Below, in pieces: positions 28,299-38,956 of a stretch of DNA of 64,000 nt; position 1 is the first letter of the stretch, and each line of letters starts with the position of its first letter. Both the position numbers and the translations under genes were made by a program. Origin of the DNA: Candidatus Latescibacterota bacterium (GTDB lineage: Bacteria; Krumholzibacteriota; Krumholzibacteriia; WVZY01; JAKEHA01); the NCBI GenBank assembly GCA_963761125.1, contig CAVXFV010000004.1:264544-328543 (forward strand), in the 5' to 3' direction. The notes beneath the pieces are model-generated. The model saw only the letters and a program-made list of their open reading frames with translations. It did not search any database and was not told the origin of the DNA.

Positions 28299-30688
28299 TT
28301 ACCGCGCGATCACCATCTTGCGCGTCACCGTTTGTCCCGCCGCGTGCACCCGGTAGAAGTACACGCCGCTTGCGAGCGCTGCGCCGCGCGAATCGAGGCC
28401 GGAGAAGGGCACACCGTGCCACCCGGCGGGCTGTCCCTTGAACGCGAGCGTACTCACCCGTCGACCGGCGACGTCGAAGATCTCCACTTCGACATCCGAC
28501 GTCGCGGGCAATCCGATTTGTAGTTCCGTCGACCCCGTGAACGGGTTCGGATGGTTCTGCAGCACGGTGAGCGCCGTGATCGACGGCGTGCTGCCTACAC
28601 CGGTCGTGGCGCTGACGTGCGCTTCGTTCGACGGCGCGCCCTGGTTGTTGTGCACGTCGTAGGCGGTCACGATGTAGTAGAGCGTCGTCGTGGGGGCGCC
28701 GGCATCCACGAGAACGGTATCCGCGTTGCTGGCGAGGAAGTTCCCCGGTACCGGGGTCACACCGGACGACGTCGCGCGATACACCGAGTAGTCGCGGAGG
28801 TCACGGAGGTGGACACCGTTCCACTTCAACTGTACGTCCGCGCCGACGCGTTGCGCCATCAAGAGCAACGGCGCCGCGGGTGCGAGGTTGTCCACGGAAT
28901 GCCCGCTGCCCACATTGGATTGAAACGCGATGTAGCTGTCCGACTGGTCGTGCGCCATGACCATGAAGTACTCGGTCCCGGTGGCGCTCACCACCGAATC
29001 GGCGCGCGTGGACGCAGAGAATGAGTAGCCGGCGAGTCCCTGCGCGGCCTCTGTGCCGACCAGCTCCCAGTAGTAGTTCGAGCCGGTTGCTGCCGCGGCG
29101 TACGCGACGCGCGTGTCCAGACGCACCGACTTCATGTCCTGAGCGCAACGGTCTGGCCCGTGTTCGCGTCCATCGGAAGCGCGGTGACGGCACGCCAGAT
29201 CGAGTAGTGATCGATCGTGCGGGATTGGGAATATCGCGCGCACTCGCGGTCCAGTCCACGGCAACCCTGCCGCCCTGATCGTTGGGAATGTCGGCGACCG
29301 CCGTGATGACGGGCTCCGGGTGGCCCCAGTAGCCGTACTGAAACTCGACGCGCTGCGCGTAGACATCGACGGCCGTGCTGCGATAGTCGGCCACCGCGAC
29401 GATCGCGGCGTTAGCGCCGTCCCACGCAATGGACGCCGGGCTCTGAGACATCGAATGAGCGTCGATCGCGACGCCGTCAGTCGTCCATTGCACGGAGCCG
29501 AATGCACTGATGCGCTGCGCGTACGCGTCGCCTTCCGGGGTCCGATAGTCGGACCACGTCAGCACAGCACCCCCCCGCCCCGTCGGCCGTCATCGCAATT
29601 CCGTACTGCTCGTTCACATCGGTGCAAACGGGTTCGCCGTTCAGAGTCCACTGGGGAACGCCCGACGCGCTCACCCGATTCGCATAGATGTCCGTATTGA
29701 CGATCCGGTTGTCTTCCCATGCAACGATCGCACCGCCCGATCCGTCGGACACCAGGGCCGCCCATCCCTGAAAACCGGCGGCGACGCAGGCGCCGACACC
29801 GTTGGCGGTCCATTGCGGCGTACCGGCGGAATTCACGCGCTGAACGTAGATGTCGCCACTGCCGTTACGATAGTCGTCCCACTGGATGATCGCGCCCCCG
29901 GCGCCGTCGGGGACGATCTTGGGACTATACTGGGTGTTCGCCGCCGTCGAGATGGCAGCGCCGTTGGCGGTCCATTGCACCACACCCGATGCGGTCACAC
30001 GCTGCGCGTAGATGTCGGGGGACGCCGAGCGGTTGTCCTGCCAGGCGACGATCGCACCGCCCGCCCCGTCGGATGCAATTGCGGGATTCAACTGATCTCC
30101 GGCGAGGACGCACAGGCCAACGCCATTCGCGGTCCACTGGGCGACACCCGATGCGTTGATTCTGCGGACGTAGATGTCGTCGTCGACGCCGTTGCGAAAA
30201 TCCTGCCACGCCACGATTGCACCGCCCGCGCCGTCCGAAACGATCTGTTGAAAAACCTGGCTATTGGCCGCGGTACAGAGCGCAACGCCATTCGCCGTCC
30301 ACTGCGGTACCCCGGCTGAATTCACGCGCTGCGCGTAGATATCGTAGTTGCCCGAGCGGTCGTCGTACCACGAAACGATGAATCCGCCCGCGCCGTCGGC
30401 AACCAGGGTCGGAGCCACCTGCTGGCTCGGTAACGTGCAGATGGGGACTCCGTTGAGCGTCCACTGCGCGACGCCGGCCGCGTTGATGCGTTGGGCATAG
30501 AGGTCCGCGGAGACGGCGCGATAGTCGTACCACGTGATGAAGGCGCCCCCGGCCCCGTCCGAGATGACCTGCGCCGAATACTGCTCGTGGTCGGCGGTGC
30601 AAACCGGATACCCGTCAGGCTGCCACTGCGCATGGGCGATCGATGTCAGGGAAAGAACGAGAATGAGAGCGACCGGGCGAACACGCAT
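28299..30688 (-). pseudogene. long-form DIYAQR-repeat protein, paralogue H (dispersed copy); three frame breaks (C7 at 29570-29576, ~29215-29226, ~29136-29145)
   Basis: ATG 30688 (MRVRPVALILVLSLTSIAHAQW, RBS GGGAGGGG). The gene is pieced from ORFs 29477..30982, 28801..29565, an unlisted short frame (TIDHYSIWRAVTALPMDANTGQTVAL) and 28299..29507. It is colinear with paralogue F. CTD: NHPNPFTGSTEL...SGVYFYRVHAAGQTVTRKMVIAR. Confidence 0.8.
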
Positions 30689-30715
30689 TGCGACCCCTCC
30701 CGCATGTGGAGGAAG

Positions 30716-30775
30716 GCGGTGTCGGGACCGCCCCTGGTGATTGCGGGCACCCGGCCGACGTTCGGGTGTCGACGA
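30716..30775 (-). promoter_or_regulatory. conserved leader motif, copy 5 (upstream of paralogue H), with extra shared box
   Basis: GCGGTGTCGGGACCGCC at 30716-30732, CCCGGCCGACG at 30750-30760, TTCGGGTGTCGACGA at 30761-30775. Confidence 0.5.
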
Positions 30776-30968
30776 GCGACGGGTCGCCGATAACCCGGCT
30801 CCCGCGTTCAATAATTCTACCACAATTGTCACGGCTGCGTGGTCTGCGCGGAATTCGAGGACGCAAAGAGGTCGGACAAGGAAGTCGGGGGATTGCCGAG
30901 CGCCCGGTCGTTCGCTACATTCATACCTTCGAGGCACACAACCAACCAATCGTCGAGGAGGAACCCCA

Positions 30969-31361
30969 ATGGATAGCGTCATTCACTTCGAGATGCCGTA
31001 TGAGAACCAGGAGCGCGTCGCGAAGTTCTACGCGAGCGCGTTCGGCTGGGGCGCGCAGATGCTCGGGGCGGAGATGGGGAACTACATCGTCGTCACCACC
31101 ACCGAAACCGACGAGAAGGGCCCCAAGAAGCCGGGTGCGATCAACGGCGGGCTCTATCAGAAGCAGGCCGACAAACCGATGCAATATCCCTCCGTCGTGA
31201 TCGCGGTGGACGACATTCATGCGGCGATGAAGAAAGTCGCGGCGTCGGGCGGCAAGGTGCTCGGCGACCCGATGCCGATCCCCGGCGTCGGGCACTACGT
31301 GTCGTTCACGGACACCGAAGGCAACCGCGTCAGCCTGTTGCAGCCGTTCCCGCGCGGCTGA
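30969..31361 (+). CDS. VOC (glyoxalase/bleomycin-resistance fold) family protein
   Basis: ATG 30969 with GAGGAGG upstream. 130 aa. MDSVIHFEMPYENQERVAKFYASAFGW...VGHYVSFTDTEGNRVSLLQP. Confidence 0.85.
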   Translation: MDSVIHFEMPYENQERVAKFYASAFGWGAQMLGAEMGNYIVVTTTETDEKGPKKPGAINGGLYQKQADKPMQYPSVVIAVDDIHAAMKKVAASGGKVLGDPMPIPGVGHYVSFTDTEGNRVSLLQPFPRG

Positions 31362-31378
31362 CCTGCATCGGAGTCGCT

Positions 31379-31442
31379 GTACTCCCGCTGCGAGATCTTT
31401 ACATTCACTCCCGCAGCGGGAGTACGCACTTCTTTCACGAGC
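31379..31442 (+). repeat. REP-like palindromic element / candidate terminator, copy 1
   Basis: 14-bp perfect stem gtactcccgctgcg (31379-31392) / cgcagcgggagtac (31412-31425). The following 25 nt, gggagtacgcacttctttcacgagc, are shared 22/25 with copy 2. It sits 18 nt after the VOC stop. Confidence 0.55.
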
Positions 31443-31480
31443 AGGGTCGAGCACCGGCCACCAACCGAAAAGAGGACACG

Positions 31481-31864
31481 ATGATCGCTCGCGGAACATT
31501 CGATGTGAAGACGATCCCGCAACCCCCGGACGACAGCGCCGGCGGTCCGTTCGGCCGGCTGTTTCTCGACAAGCAATTCCATGGCGACCTCGAGGGCATC
31601 AGCAAGGGACAGATGCTGGCCGCGATGACCGCGGTCGAGGGCTCCGCCGCGGGCGTGGCGTTCGAGATGGTGTCGGGAACGTTGCACGGCAAGCGCGGGA
31701 GTTTCTTTCTCATGCATCACAGCACGATGCAGGCCGGCAACTATTTCATGGACGTGACCGTCGTTCCGGACTCCGGCACCGACGAGCTGACCGGTCTCGC
31801 CGGAAAAATGACGATCATCATCGAAGGCAAGGCCCACGCCTACGCGTTCGAGTACACGCTATAG
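31481..31864 (+). CDS. DUF3224 domain-containing protein
   Basis: 127 aa. GTFDVKTIPQP...FHGDLEGISKGQML...GSFFLMHHSTM...VVPDSGTDELTGLAGKMTIIIEGKAHAYAFEYTL matches the DUF3224 pattern. Confidence 0.8.
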   Translation: MIARGTFDVKTIPQPPDDSAGGPFGRLFLDKQFHGDLEGISKGQMLAAMTAVEGSAAGVAFEMVSGTLHGKRGSFFLMHHSTMQAGNYFMDVTVVPDSGTDELTGLAGKMTIIIEGKAHAYAFEYTL

Positions 31865-31956
31865 AGCGGTTGGATTTTGCTTGGTGGTTTCCCGCCTGGG
31901 CGCGCACAATCGCGCGACGGAATACAGGCACGTCCGCCTGGTGTCGGGAGGTCTCC

Positions 31957-32595
31957 GTGAAAACACGCATTATCATCGTCGCGATCGTCGCGCTTCTCAT
32001 TCCGCCGGTGTGCGCGAATGCCGGATACGGAATCCTGGTGGGTGGCGGGAAGACGTACGTCAAGTCCTCGAGTTCCTATCCGGTCGACGACGCCAACGGA
32101 TATGGAGCGGGCGTCTTCCTTCAGGGAGCGATGTCGCCCGGAATCATCGCGCGCGGGACCGTGGGATATCGTCAGCTGGGCTTCGAAGAAACGTACGTGG
32201 ACTCCGCCGGCAACGCCGACGCCACGCTGAAGACCACGACGCGCGCGGATTACTTCTCCGTCTCCGTGCTCATCGTTGCGTCCGGGCAACAGGGCTCGTC
32301 GTCGCGCGGATATCTGCTGTTCGGTCCGCGCGTGGATCTTCTGGTGCACGACAGCGGCGCGACGTTTCATCCCGCCGCGGACAAGGCGCCGCTGCCGGGG
32401 AATCTTCCCCACGACTATCGCTCGTCCATCATCGGAGGCACCGTGGGCGGGGGCGCCTCCCTGGGCGCCGGACCCGCGCATCTGCTGATCGAGATTCACT
32501 ACGACTTCAACTTCAGCGACGTCTCGAACATCGGCTGGGCCGACCTCGGCGCCAAGGGCCTGTCGGCGTACGTCGGCGTCGCACTGGGGAATTGA
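31957..32595 (+). CDS. outer-membrane beta-barrel (porin-family-like) protein
   Basis: GTG 31957 with GGGAGG upstream. Signal VKTRIIIVAIVALLIPPVCANA. Alternating Gly/aromatic beta-strand pattern. Confidence 0.65.
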   Translation: MKTRIIIVAIVALLIPPVCANAGYGILVGGGKTYVKSSSSYPVDDANGYGAGVFLQGAMSPGIIARGTVGYRQLGFEETYVDSAGNADATLKTTTRADYFSVSVLIVASGQQGSSSRGYLLFGPRVDLLVHDSGATFHPAADKAPLPGNLPHDYRSSIIGGTVGGGASLGAGPAHLLIEIHYDFNFSDVSNIGWADLGAKGLSAYVGVALGN

Positions 32596-32657
32596 TCGGG
32601 CGTTTCCGACTCCTTCGACTGATTGATTGACCACTTCTCCGCCCCGCAGGAGCCTCC

Positions 32658-33374
32658 ATGCGAGTTCGAATCGCGGTGGTCGTTGCGCTGTTCGCACCGG
32701 CGCTTGCGACGTGCAACGACAACGACACCGTTGCCATCGACTGGCTCGCCCACGGCCGCTTCAGTGTCACCAACCACAGTTCCGAGGATCTAACCGTTGC
32801 GTGGAGTTTCCAGCGGGACGGGCAGTGTCGCGGTCCGGTTGCGATCGCGACGGGGAATTCCGAGACCATCCACGAATACGATTCCTTTGACGGCCCGCCC
32901 CCGGACGCGGCGCGCGAGTTCCGCTGCGTCTCCGTCTATCGGACGCGCGACGACCGGCTGGTGCATCAATTGGTGCCGGTTCGGAACGATCAATGGTCCC
33001 GTCACAAGAACAACCCGTATGACATCGCGTTCACGCTCGTGCTCACCAACGCCACGCTGGACTCGACCATCCAGAACGCCTGCGCGCGGCTCTCCGGAAC
33101 CGTTGTCGATAGCCTGACGATGGCGCTGCTCGATCAAGTGACAGTCGAGGTGCATGAGAACGGCGTCGGAGACGAGCCATCGGGCATTGCCGTGATGTCG
33201 CCGGGAAGCTTCGGTTACGGGATCGAGTGGGCCGGGGAACTTCCGAGCGCCGAGATCCAATTCTCGCGCGATGGATTCGTCACGCGCGCCTACCGGCTTC
33301 CCGACGACACCACCGATCTCGGCGACCGCCACTACGAGCTGAATGCACTGTTGGTGCCCGCGCCGAGCCCGTGA
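32658..33374 (+). CDS. hypothetical lipoprotein
   Basis: MRVRIAVVVALFAPALATC lipobox. 238 aa. Confidence 0.6.
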   Translation: MRVRIAVVVALFAPALATCNDNDTVAIDWLAHGRFSVTNHSSEDLTVAWSFQRDGQCRGPVAIATGNSETIHEYDSFDGPPPDAAREFRCVSVYRTRDDRLVHQLVPVRNDQWSRHKNNPYDIAFTLVLTNATLDSTIQNACARLSGTVVDSLTMALLDQVTVEVHENGVGDEPSGIAVMSPGSFGYGIEWAGELPSAEIQFSRDGFVTRAYRLPDDTTDLGDRHYELNALLVPAPSP

Positions 33375-33483
33375 GGATCTCCGGGAAGTCGATCGGCGGC
33401 TGGTCGCCCTTGCGTTCGCTGTTTCGACCTGTTAGCTTCCCAGTAAACCTTCCCGGCCCCACCCTTGGGAACAGGAGTTCACA

Positions 33484-35061
33484 ATGCGACTCCGGCCCAG
33501 TGTTACCTCGGTTCTCTTGATCCTTGCGACCGCGCTCGCGCCGGTATCCAGCGGATCCCAGGATGGCGGCGATCTCGTCAACGCGGTCATCGGCAACACG
33601 AGCTTTCAGGAGCGATCCCATCGCGCCCCGAACCGCGCCGACGAAGCCACGCGAATTCGGACACACCTCGAAACCGTCGCGTCGCGCCTGGCCGGGACCG
33701 ACGTGTCATCGCTGTCGCCCGACCAGCGCCGGGCGCGAGCGCGCAACATCGGACGAATCGTGGCGTATGCACGCGCCGGGCGTTTTCCCCACAACCCGTC
33801 GTCGATACCGGGACGCGCACCCAATTTCATGGACGCGTCCGGCGCGGTGTGCGCGGTCGGCTATCTCGTCGAGCAGGATCGCGGGCGAGGTGTCGTCGAG
33901 GCGATTGCGCGCGAGCACCAGTTCGACTACGTGCCCTACATCAAGTCGCCGGTGCTGGCCGACTGGCAGGCGTCGAGCGGGTTGTCAGCGATCGAGCTGG
34001 CGACGATTCAACCGACGTACGTTCCTCCTCCGCCGACGCCGGATCTGGTCCTTCCGTTTGACGTTTCCGCTTCCGAGAGGGCGATCGATCATACGCCGCC
34101 GTCCGCGCCGTCACTGAACTGCGTACTCATCTGGCGCGGGTGGGAGGAGGGCGTTCCCGTACCCGCGGGCAACCCGTATGGACGATTCGCGTTCGTTGAG
34201 TTCTTCGCCGACAGCGCAAAGGACGATCGTACTCTCGCTGATGACCTGGGATATCGTTTTGAGCACGTGGATGGAACTCTGCCCGCAGAAATGCAATTTC
34301 CGACAACGATCCGCCGATCGCCGCTGACGCACGTACTCTACCTGACGTGGATCGAAAAGAAAGGTTGGGATCGAGAACCATTCTACTTTCGCGTAGCGGT
34401 CAGGTCCATCGACAGAGCGGGAAACGAGAGCGAACGATCCAACGTCGTCATCGTCGGGCACGATGGCGACGTGAAATTCATGAAAGCGTATGCGATGCGG
34501 ACGTACTTTCTGGCCTCCATCAAGGAGTCGGAGCGCGCCGCGCGCAGGCAACTTCCTGAATTCGGCAGGGTGACGATGGATACAATTCGCGTGGATGACA
34601 CACGAACATCGTGGGCATCGTCGCCGGCGTCGATCGCAAGCGTCTATTCGCCCGAGGCGATTGAGCTGATCGAAGTACTTGGTGACGCACGGGTCGATCG
34701 GGTGACGCCGTCACGGAGCGCACCGGACAATCCGCCGTATGAACTCGAAGGGCTCTCGTGTACCGAAACGGGGCGGGAGATGAGTGTCGACGAAGCGCGG
34801 CAGCTTCGATTGTTGTTGCTTCGGCCCCGCAGCTACATCTCGGATAAGTACATGTGCACTCTGTCACCCGAGTATGTCGTCTCCTTCGACAGAGATGGAG
34901 GACGTTGCCATGTGCTCGTCGGGAGCGATTGTCATCAGGTGGGGATATTGGGTCCGGACATTCAAAGTGGCGGGGATCTCACGCGCGAAGCCGCGGAAGT
35001 TCTTCGCGGGCTCTGTCAGGGACTTTTCAAGCTCGGGCCCTTGCCGGCGGGTGCCCGGTGA
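33484..35061 (+). CDS. hypothetical secreted protein
   Basis: 525 aa. Signal MRLRPSVTSVLLILATALAPVSSG. No family recognised. Confidence 0.7.
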   Translation: MRLRPSVTSVLLILATALAPVSSGSQDGGDLVNAVIGNTSFQERSHRAPNRADEATRIRTHLETVASRLAGTDVSSLSPDQRRARARNIGRIVAYARAGRFPHNPSSIPGRAPNFMDASGAVCAVGYLVEQDRGRGVVEAIAREHQFDYVPYIKSPVLADWQASSGLSAIELATIQPTYVPPPPTPDLVLPFDVSASERAIDHTPPSAPSLNCVLIWRGWEEGVPVPAGNPYGRFAFVEFFADSAKDDRTLADDLGYRFEHVDGTLPAEMQFPTTIRRSPLTHVLYLTWIEKKGWDREPFYFRVAVRSIDRAGNESERSNVVIVGHDGDVKFMKAYAMRTYFLASIKESERAARRQLPEFGRVTMDTIRVDDTRTSWASSPASIASVYSPEAIELIEVLGDARVDRVTPSRSAPDNPPYELEGLSCTETGREMSVDEARQLRLLLLRPRSYISDKYMCTLSPEYVVSFDRDGGRCHVLVGSDCHQVGILGPDIQSGGDLTREAAEVLRGLCQGLFKLGPLPAGAR

Positions 35062-35163
35062 TTCGGCTCGCGCCAGCTACAACAATTCCTTGAACCCTCG
35101 CGGAATCGCGGCCTATCATGCGACGACACCGGCCGCGGCTTCTCGACAATCCCGGGGGTTTCG

Positions 35164-35562
35164 ATGAACAAGGTGATTGCGCGCTTCAAAGACGGACGGC
35201 TGCTCAAGGGCGTGACCAACGACTTCACACCCGCGAAGGAGTTGTTCCACATCGTGCCGGTGGGGGCATCGCTGGAAACCCCTCCCACCGAGGTCCAGCG
35301 CGAGGACCTCAAGGCGGTTTTCTTCGTGAAGGACTACGAGGGTAACCCGGACCACAACGAACGCAAGGACTTCGACGCGGCGAAGCAGACCAGCGGTCGG
35401 CGCATCAAGGTCGTCTTCAAAGACGACGAGGTGCTGGTGGGCATCACGCTGGGCTACCAGAAGGGACGTCCGGGCTTCTTCTTCGAATCCGTGGACGACG
35501 AATCCAACATTCTGCGCTGCTACGTGGTCAGCAGCGCGACCAAGGAAATCTCCTTCGTCTGA
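35164..35562 (+). CDS. conserved hypothetical protein (two similar half-domains)
   Basis: 132 aa. ARFKDGRLLKGVTNDF...FHIVP is echoed by VVFKDDEVLVGITLGY...FFFESV. Confidence 0.7.
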   Translation: MNKVIARFKDGRLLKGVTNDFTPAKELFHIVPVGASLETPPTEVQREDLKAVFFVKDYEGNPDHNERKDFDAAKQTSGRRIKVVFKDDEVLVGITLGYQKGRPGFFFESVDDESNILRCYVVSSATKEISFV

Positions 35563-35692
35563 GGACTCCGCGTCCGAATGCCGCTGTCTTCGCGGCCCCT
35601 CGCGCACCGTCCGCGCATGTGCTAGAGTGTCGGGAACGGACGACGGAGGAACAGCGCCGTCCGTGACTCTGCATCAACGGAGGTGCTCGACC

Positions 35693-37582
35693 ATGCGATC
35701 GTTCGCGCTCGCCGCAGCCATCGGTCTGCTGCTCGTTTCTCAATTCGCCCGCGCTGCCGACTCCGCGCAGCCGATCCAACTCCAGCTCGACGCATCCGAC
35801 GCCCCGCGCAACCTGTTCCACGGCACGTTGCACATCCCCGTGCACGCGGGACCGGTGACGCTGGTGTACCCGAAGTGGATTCCGGGCGAACACGGACCGA
35901 CCGGCCCCATCACCGACTTCGTCGCCACCGTGTTCACGGTGGGCGGCAAGGAGGTCGTGTGGCGACGCGATCAGGCGGACATGTACGCGTTCCACGTCGA
36001 CGTGCCCGAGGGCGCCACGATGCTGGACGTCACCTTCGACTTCCTGGGTGCGACGTCGTCGAGCGGGTTCACGTCGGCGGCGTCGGCGACGCCGAATCTG
36101 GCGATCATCGCGTGGAATCAGGTTCTGCTCTATCCTGACGGCACGAAGTCCGACGACGTGCAGTTCCAGGCGAGCATCACGACGCCCGCGAACTGGCAGT
36201 CGGCAACCGCGCTGACCGTCGCGGGACGCCAGGGTGATCGCATCGACTACAAACCGGTCTCGCTCACGACACTGGTGGATTCGCCGGTGCTCATGGGCCG
36301 GTACTTCCGCGTTGTGCCGCTCGACAAGAGTTCGCGCCCGGTGGAACTGGACATCGCGGCCGACAGTCCCGCGGCACTCGACATCAGCCCGGAGTCGGTC
36401 ACCGCGATGCAGAATCTGGTCAAGGAAGCGGACGCACTGTTCGGTGCACGTCACTACGACCACTACAATTTCCTCTTCACGTTGAGCGATCACGTGGCGC
36501 ACTTCGGACTGGAGCATCATCAGTCCAACGACACGCGCCAGGCCGAACGCACGCTGCTGGACAAACAGGTTCGACTCGGCCTGTGGGTGCTCTCTCACGA
36601 ATACGTGCACTCGTGGAATGCCAAGCACCGGCGCCCGGCCGGGCTCGCGACACCGAACTATCAGGAGCCGATGAAGGGCGAGATGCTCTGGGTCTACGAG
36701 GGACTGACGGAGTACCTGGGCTCATTGCTCGCGGCGCGTAGCGGCATCTGGTCGCCGGACGACTATCGCGAGCGCCTCGCCGACATGGCCGCGTTCTACG
36801 ACCACGTGCGCGGCCGCGACTGGCGTCCGCTGCGGGACACGTGCGACGCGGCGCAACTCCTGTACGAAGCGCCGCACGAGTGGGAGATGTCGCGGCGCGG
36901 TACCGATTTCTACGACGAAGGCTGGATGCTGTGGCTGGACGTCGACACGCGGATCCGGTCGCTGACAAAGGGCGCTCGCTCGCTGGACGACTTCTGCCGC
37001 GGGTTCTACGGCGGCGAGAGCGGTCCGCCCACGCTGATGCCGTACACCTACGACGATATCATCAACGCGCTCGGCAAGATCGTGGCGTACGACTGGCGCG
37101 GCTACTTCGAGACGCATGTGATGCAGACCACCGAGCACCCGCCGCTCGACGGTCTGACGCGCGGGGGATGGAGTCTCGTGTACAACGACACGCCGAACAC
37201 GTATCTCGACGGCGTCGAGAAGGGCGAGAAGAAACTCATCGAGACCGCGTTCTCGATCGGCCTGCGGGTCAAGACCGACGGCACCATCGAGGACGTCGCG
37301 CCGGGATCGACCGCGTTCATGTCGGACATCGGACCCGGGATGAACCTGGTCGCCGTGAACGGCCGCAAGTTCTCGAGCGACGTGCTCAAGGACGCCATCA
37401 AGGCGACCCCGACGTCGAAGCAGCCGATCGAGCTTTTGATCGAGAACCACGAGTTCTTCTCGACGCATCCTTTGGACTATCACGACGGCCTGCGCAATCC
37501 GCACCTCGCACGCGACACCAAGGCAGCGGATGTCTTGAGCGACATCATCGCCCCGCATGCGGGGGCCGCGAAGAAGAAGTAG
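35693..37582 (+). CDS. M61 family metallopeptidase with C-terminal PDZ domain
   Basis: ATG 35693 with GGAGG upstream. Signal peptide. HExxH in LSHEYVHSWNAKHRRP. PDZ-like GMNLVAVNGRKFS. Confidence 0.8.
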   Translation: MRSFALAAAIGLLLVSQFARAADSAQPIQLQLDASDAPRNLFHGTLHIPVHAGPVTLVYPKWIPGEHGPTGPITDFVATVFTVGGKEVVWRRDQADMYAFHVDVPEGATMLDVTFDFLGATSSSGFTSAASATPNLAIIAWNQVLLYPDGTKSDDVQFQASITTPANWQSATALTVAGRQGDRIDYKPVSLTTLVDSPVLMGRYFRVVPLDKSSRPVELDIAADSPAALDISPESVTAMQNLVKEADALFGARHYDHYNFLFTLSDHVAHFGLEHHQSNDTRQAERTLLDKQVRLGLWVLSHEYVHSWNAKHRRPAGLATPNYQEPMKGEMLWVYEGLTEYLGSLLAARSGIWSPDDYRERLADMAAFYDHVRGRDWRPLRDTCDAAQLLYEAPHEWEMSRRGTDFYDEGWMLWLDVDTRIRSLTKGARSLDDFCRGFYGGESGPPTLMPYTYDDIINALGKIVAYDWRGYFETHVMQTTEHPPLDGLTRGGWSLVYNDTPNTYLDGVEKGEKKLIETAFSIGLRVKTDGTIEDVAPGSTAFMSDIGPGMNLVAVNGRKFSSDVLKDAIKATPTSKQPIELLIENHEFFSTHPLDYHDGLRNPHLARDTKAADVLSDIIAPHAGAAKKK

Positions 37583-37598
37583 GCGGGCTACTCTCCCT

Positions 37599-37649
37599 GT
37601 GAAAAAGTGCGTACTCCCAGCGCCGGGAGTACGCACTGGTTTCACAAGC
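37599..37649 (+). repeat. REP-like palindromic element / candidate terminator, copy 2
   Basis: gtgaaa-aa-gtgcgtactccc (37599-37618), loop agcgcc, gggagtacgcac-tgg-tttcac (37625-37645). It begins 17 nt after the M61 stop. Confidence 0.55.
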
Positions 37650-37729
37650 GCATGGAAATTCATCCTTTCGCGGGATCGCGCGGGGAACCTATATTGAGGC
37701 GAGACCCCGCCATCGTCGATCCATTCACG

Positions 37730-38626
37730 ATGCGACGTTTTGTTCTTCTACTGGCTCTTCTCCTGATCGCCTCGCCCGCGCGTGACGCCCGGGCGATGCC
37801 CGCGGGCGAAGTCCCGGCCGTCACGGCCGAAACCGCCGACTACTCGGGACACAAGACCGAGACGATCTTCTTTCTCCTCGGAATGCTCGACGATTATTCG
37901 GGGCGGACGGTCGTTGAAGGGGTGGATCGGGTGGAGCGTTTCTACTGCAATGAAGATCTCGCAGCGTTCGTATTCCTTGCCTACCTGAATCGGCTCGCGG
38001 CCGAGCAAGGTCTTGAGCCTGCGATAGACACTCGCTGGGATGGCTGCCTGGTTGCCTTCCATTCCCCTTCGTTGATGGAGTCCATCGATTCGTTCTTCGA
38101 CATGAAGCCACTCAGCGGCATCTACACCATGATTGACGACGAAAAACGAACCATGAGCGCCGGGCGGTTGTCTCACGCTCAATTCGAACGGCACGGTCGC
38201 GAAGCGACCCTTGCGTACCTTGCGGGAGCGTACTTCCGGTACAACATGGACGGACACTTTCGGTTCGCCAACTCGGGCGACAAGGTGCAACTCGTTGCGC
38301 AGTTGCTGGGCGAGATCGGATGCCAGGGGGTCAGCACGCAGTCGCGCGCCAGCCTGCCGGCGCAGAACGAGGTCTACTTCCAGCCCACGGACGAGCTCGC
38401 GGCGACTTTCGAGCGGCTTCCGGGCGCGCGCGGTATCGCCGCGGCCGATTCCCTGGTGGGCCTCGCGTCGCACGACGAGTTGGAGATCTATCGTGAGGTC
38501 ATTCGAGCCGGGCAAAATGGTTGGTTCGACAACTGTCCGATCAGCACGCCATGCGCGGTCGAGCATTTCACGCTCATCCCGATGCGGCGGCGTCGGGGTG
38601 AAATTCCCGCGAAGGAAAATGGATGA
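37730..38626 (+). CDS. hypothetical secreted protein
   Basis: ATG 37730. Signal MRRFVLLLALLLIASPARDARA. Contains DELEIYREVIRA, similar to DEYAIYQTIIDHA of 24829..25626. Confidence 0.65.
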   Translation: MRRFVLLLALLLIASPARDARAMPAGEVPAVTAETADYSGHKTETIFFLLGMLDDYSGRTVVEGVDRVERFYCNEDLAAFVFLAYLNRLAAEQGLEPAIDTRWDGCLVAFHSPSLMESIDSFFDMKPLSGIYTMIDDEKRTMSAGRLSHAQFERHGREATLAYLAGAYFRYNMDGHFRFANSGDKVQLVAQLLGEIGCQGVSTQSRASLPAQNEVYFQPTDELAATFERLPGARGIAAADSLVGLASHDELEIYREVIRAGQNGWFDNCPISTPCAVEHFTLIPMRRRRGEIPAKENG

Positions 38627-38928
38627 AGAGCGCCCTCGCCGACTACGACAGCGTGGCCTTCCGGTTGAGGTGCATTCGCGAGCTGGCCACCGATTCGGTG
38701 CTGGTCCGTGTGACGCCGATCGCGCATGCGAGTGATACGTGCTCGGTGACGCTGTCGAGAGTCGGCTTCAATCGGGATCGCGACGGTGCCGTCGTCGTGA
38801 TGAATCATTTCAGCCGGACGCCCGGAGCATGCAACCAGATGCTTGCGGCATTCTTGCGAAAAGGACCAGACGGATGGGAGGTGACGAACTACGCGGTCGA
38901 GCATGTCTCCCGAATCCCGCGGAAGTGA
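38623..38928 (+). CDS. small protein with VGFN-type module
   Basis: ATGA overlap with the upstream gene. VTLSRVGFNRDRDGAVVVM. Confidence 0.5.
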   Translation: MKSALADYDSVAFRLRCIRELATDSVLVRVTPIAHASDTCSVTLSRVGFNRDRDGAVVVMNHFSRTPGACNQMLAAFLRKGPDGWEVTNYAVEHVSRIPRK

Positions 38929-38956
38929 TGGTCGTCTACGACCCACTCGACAGCTG

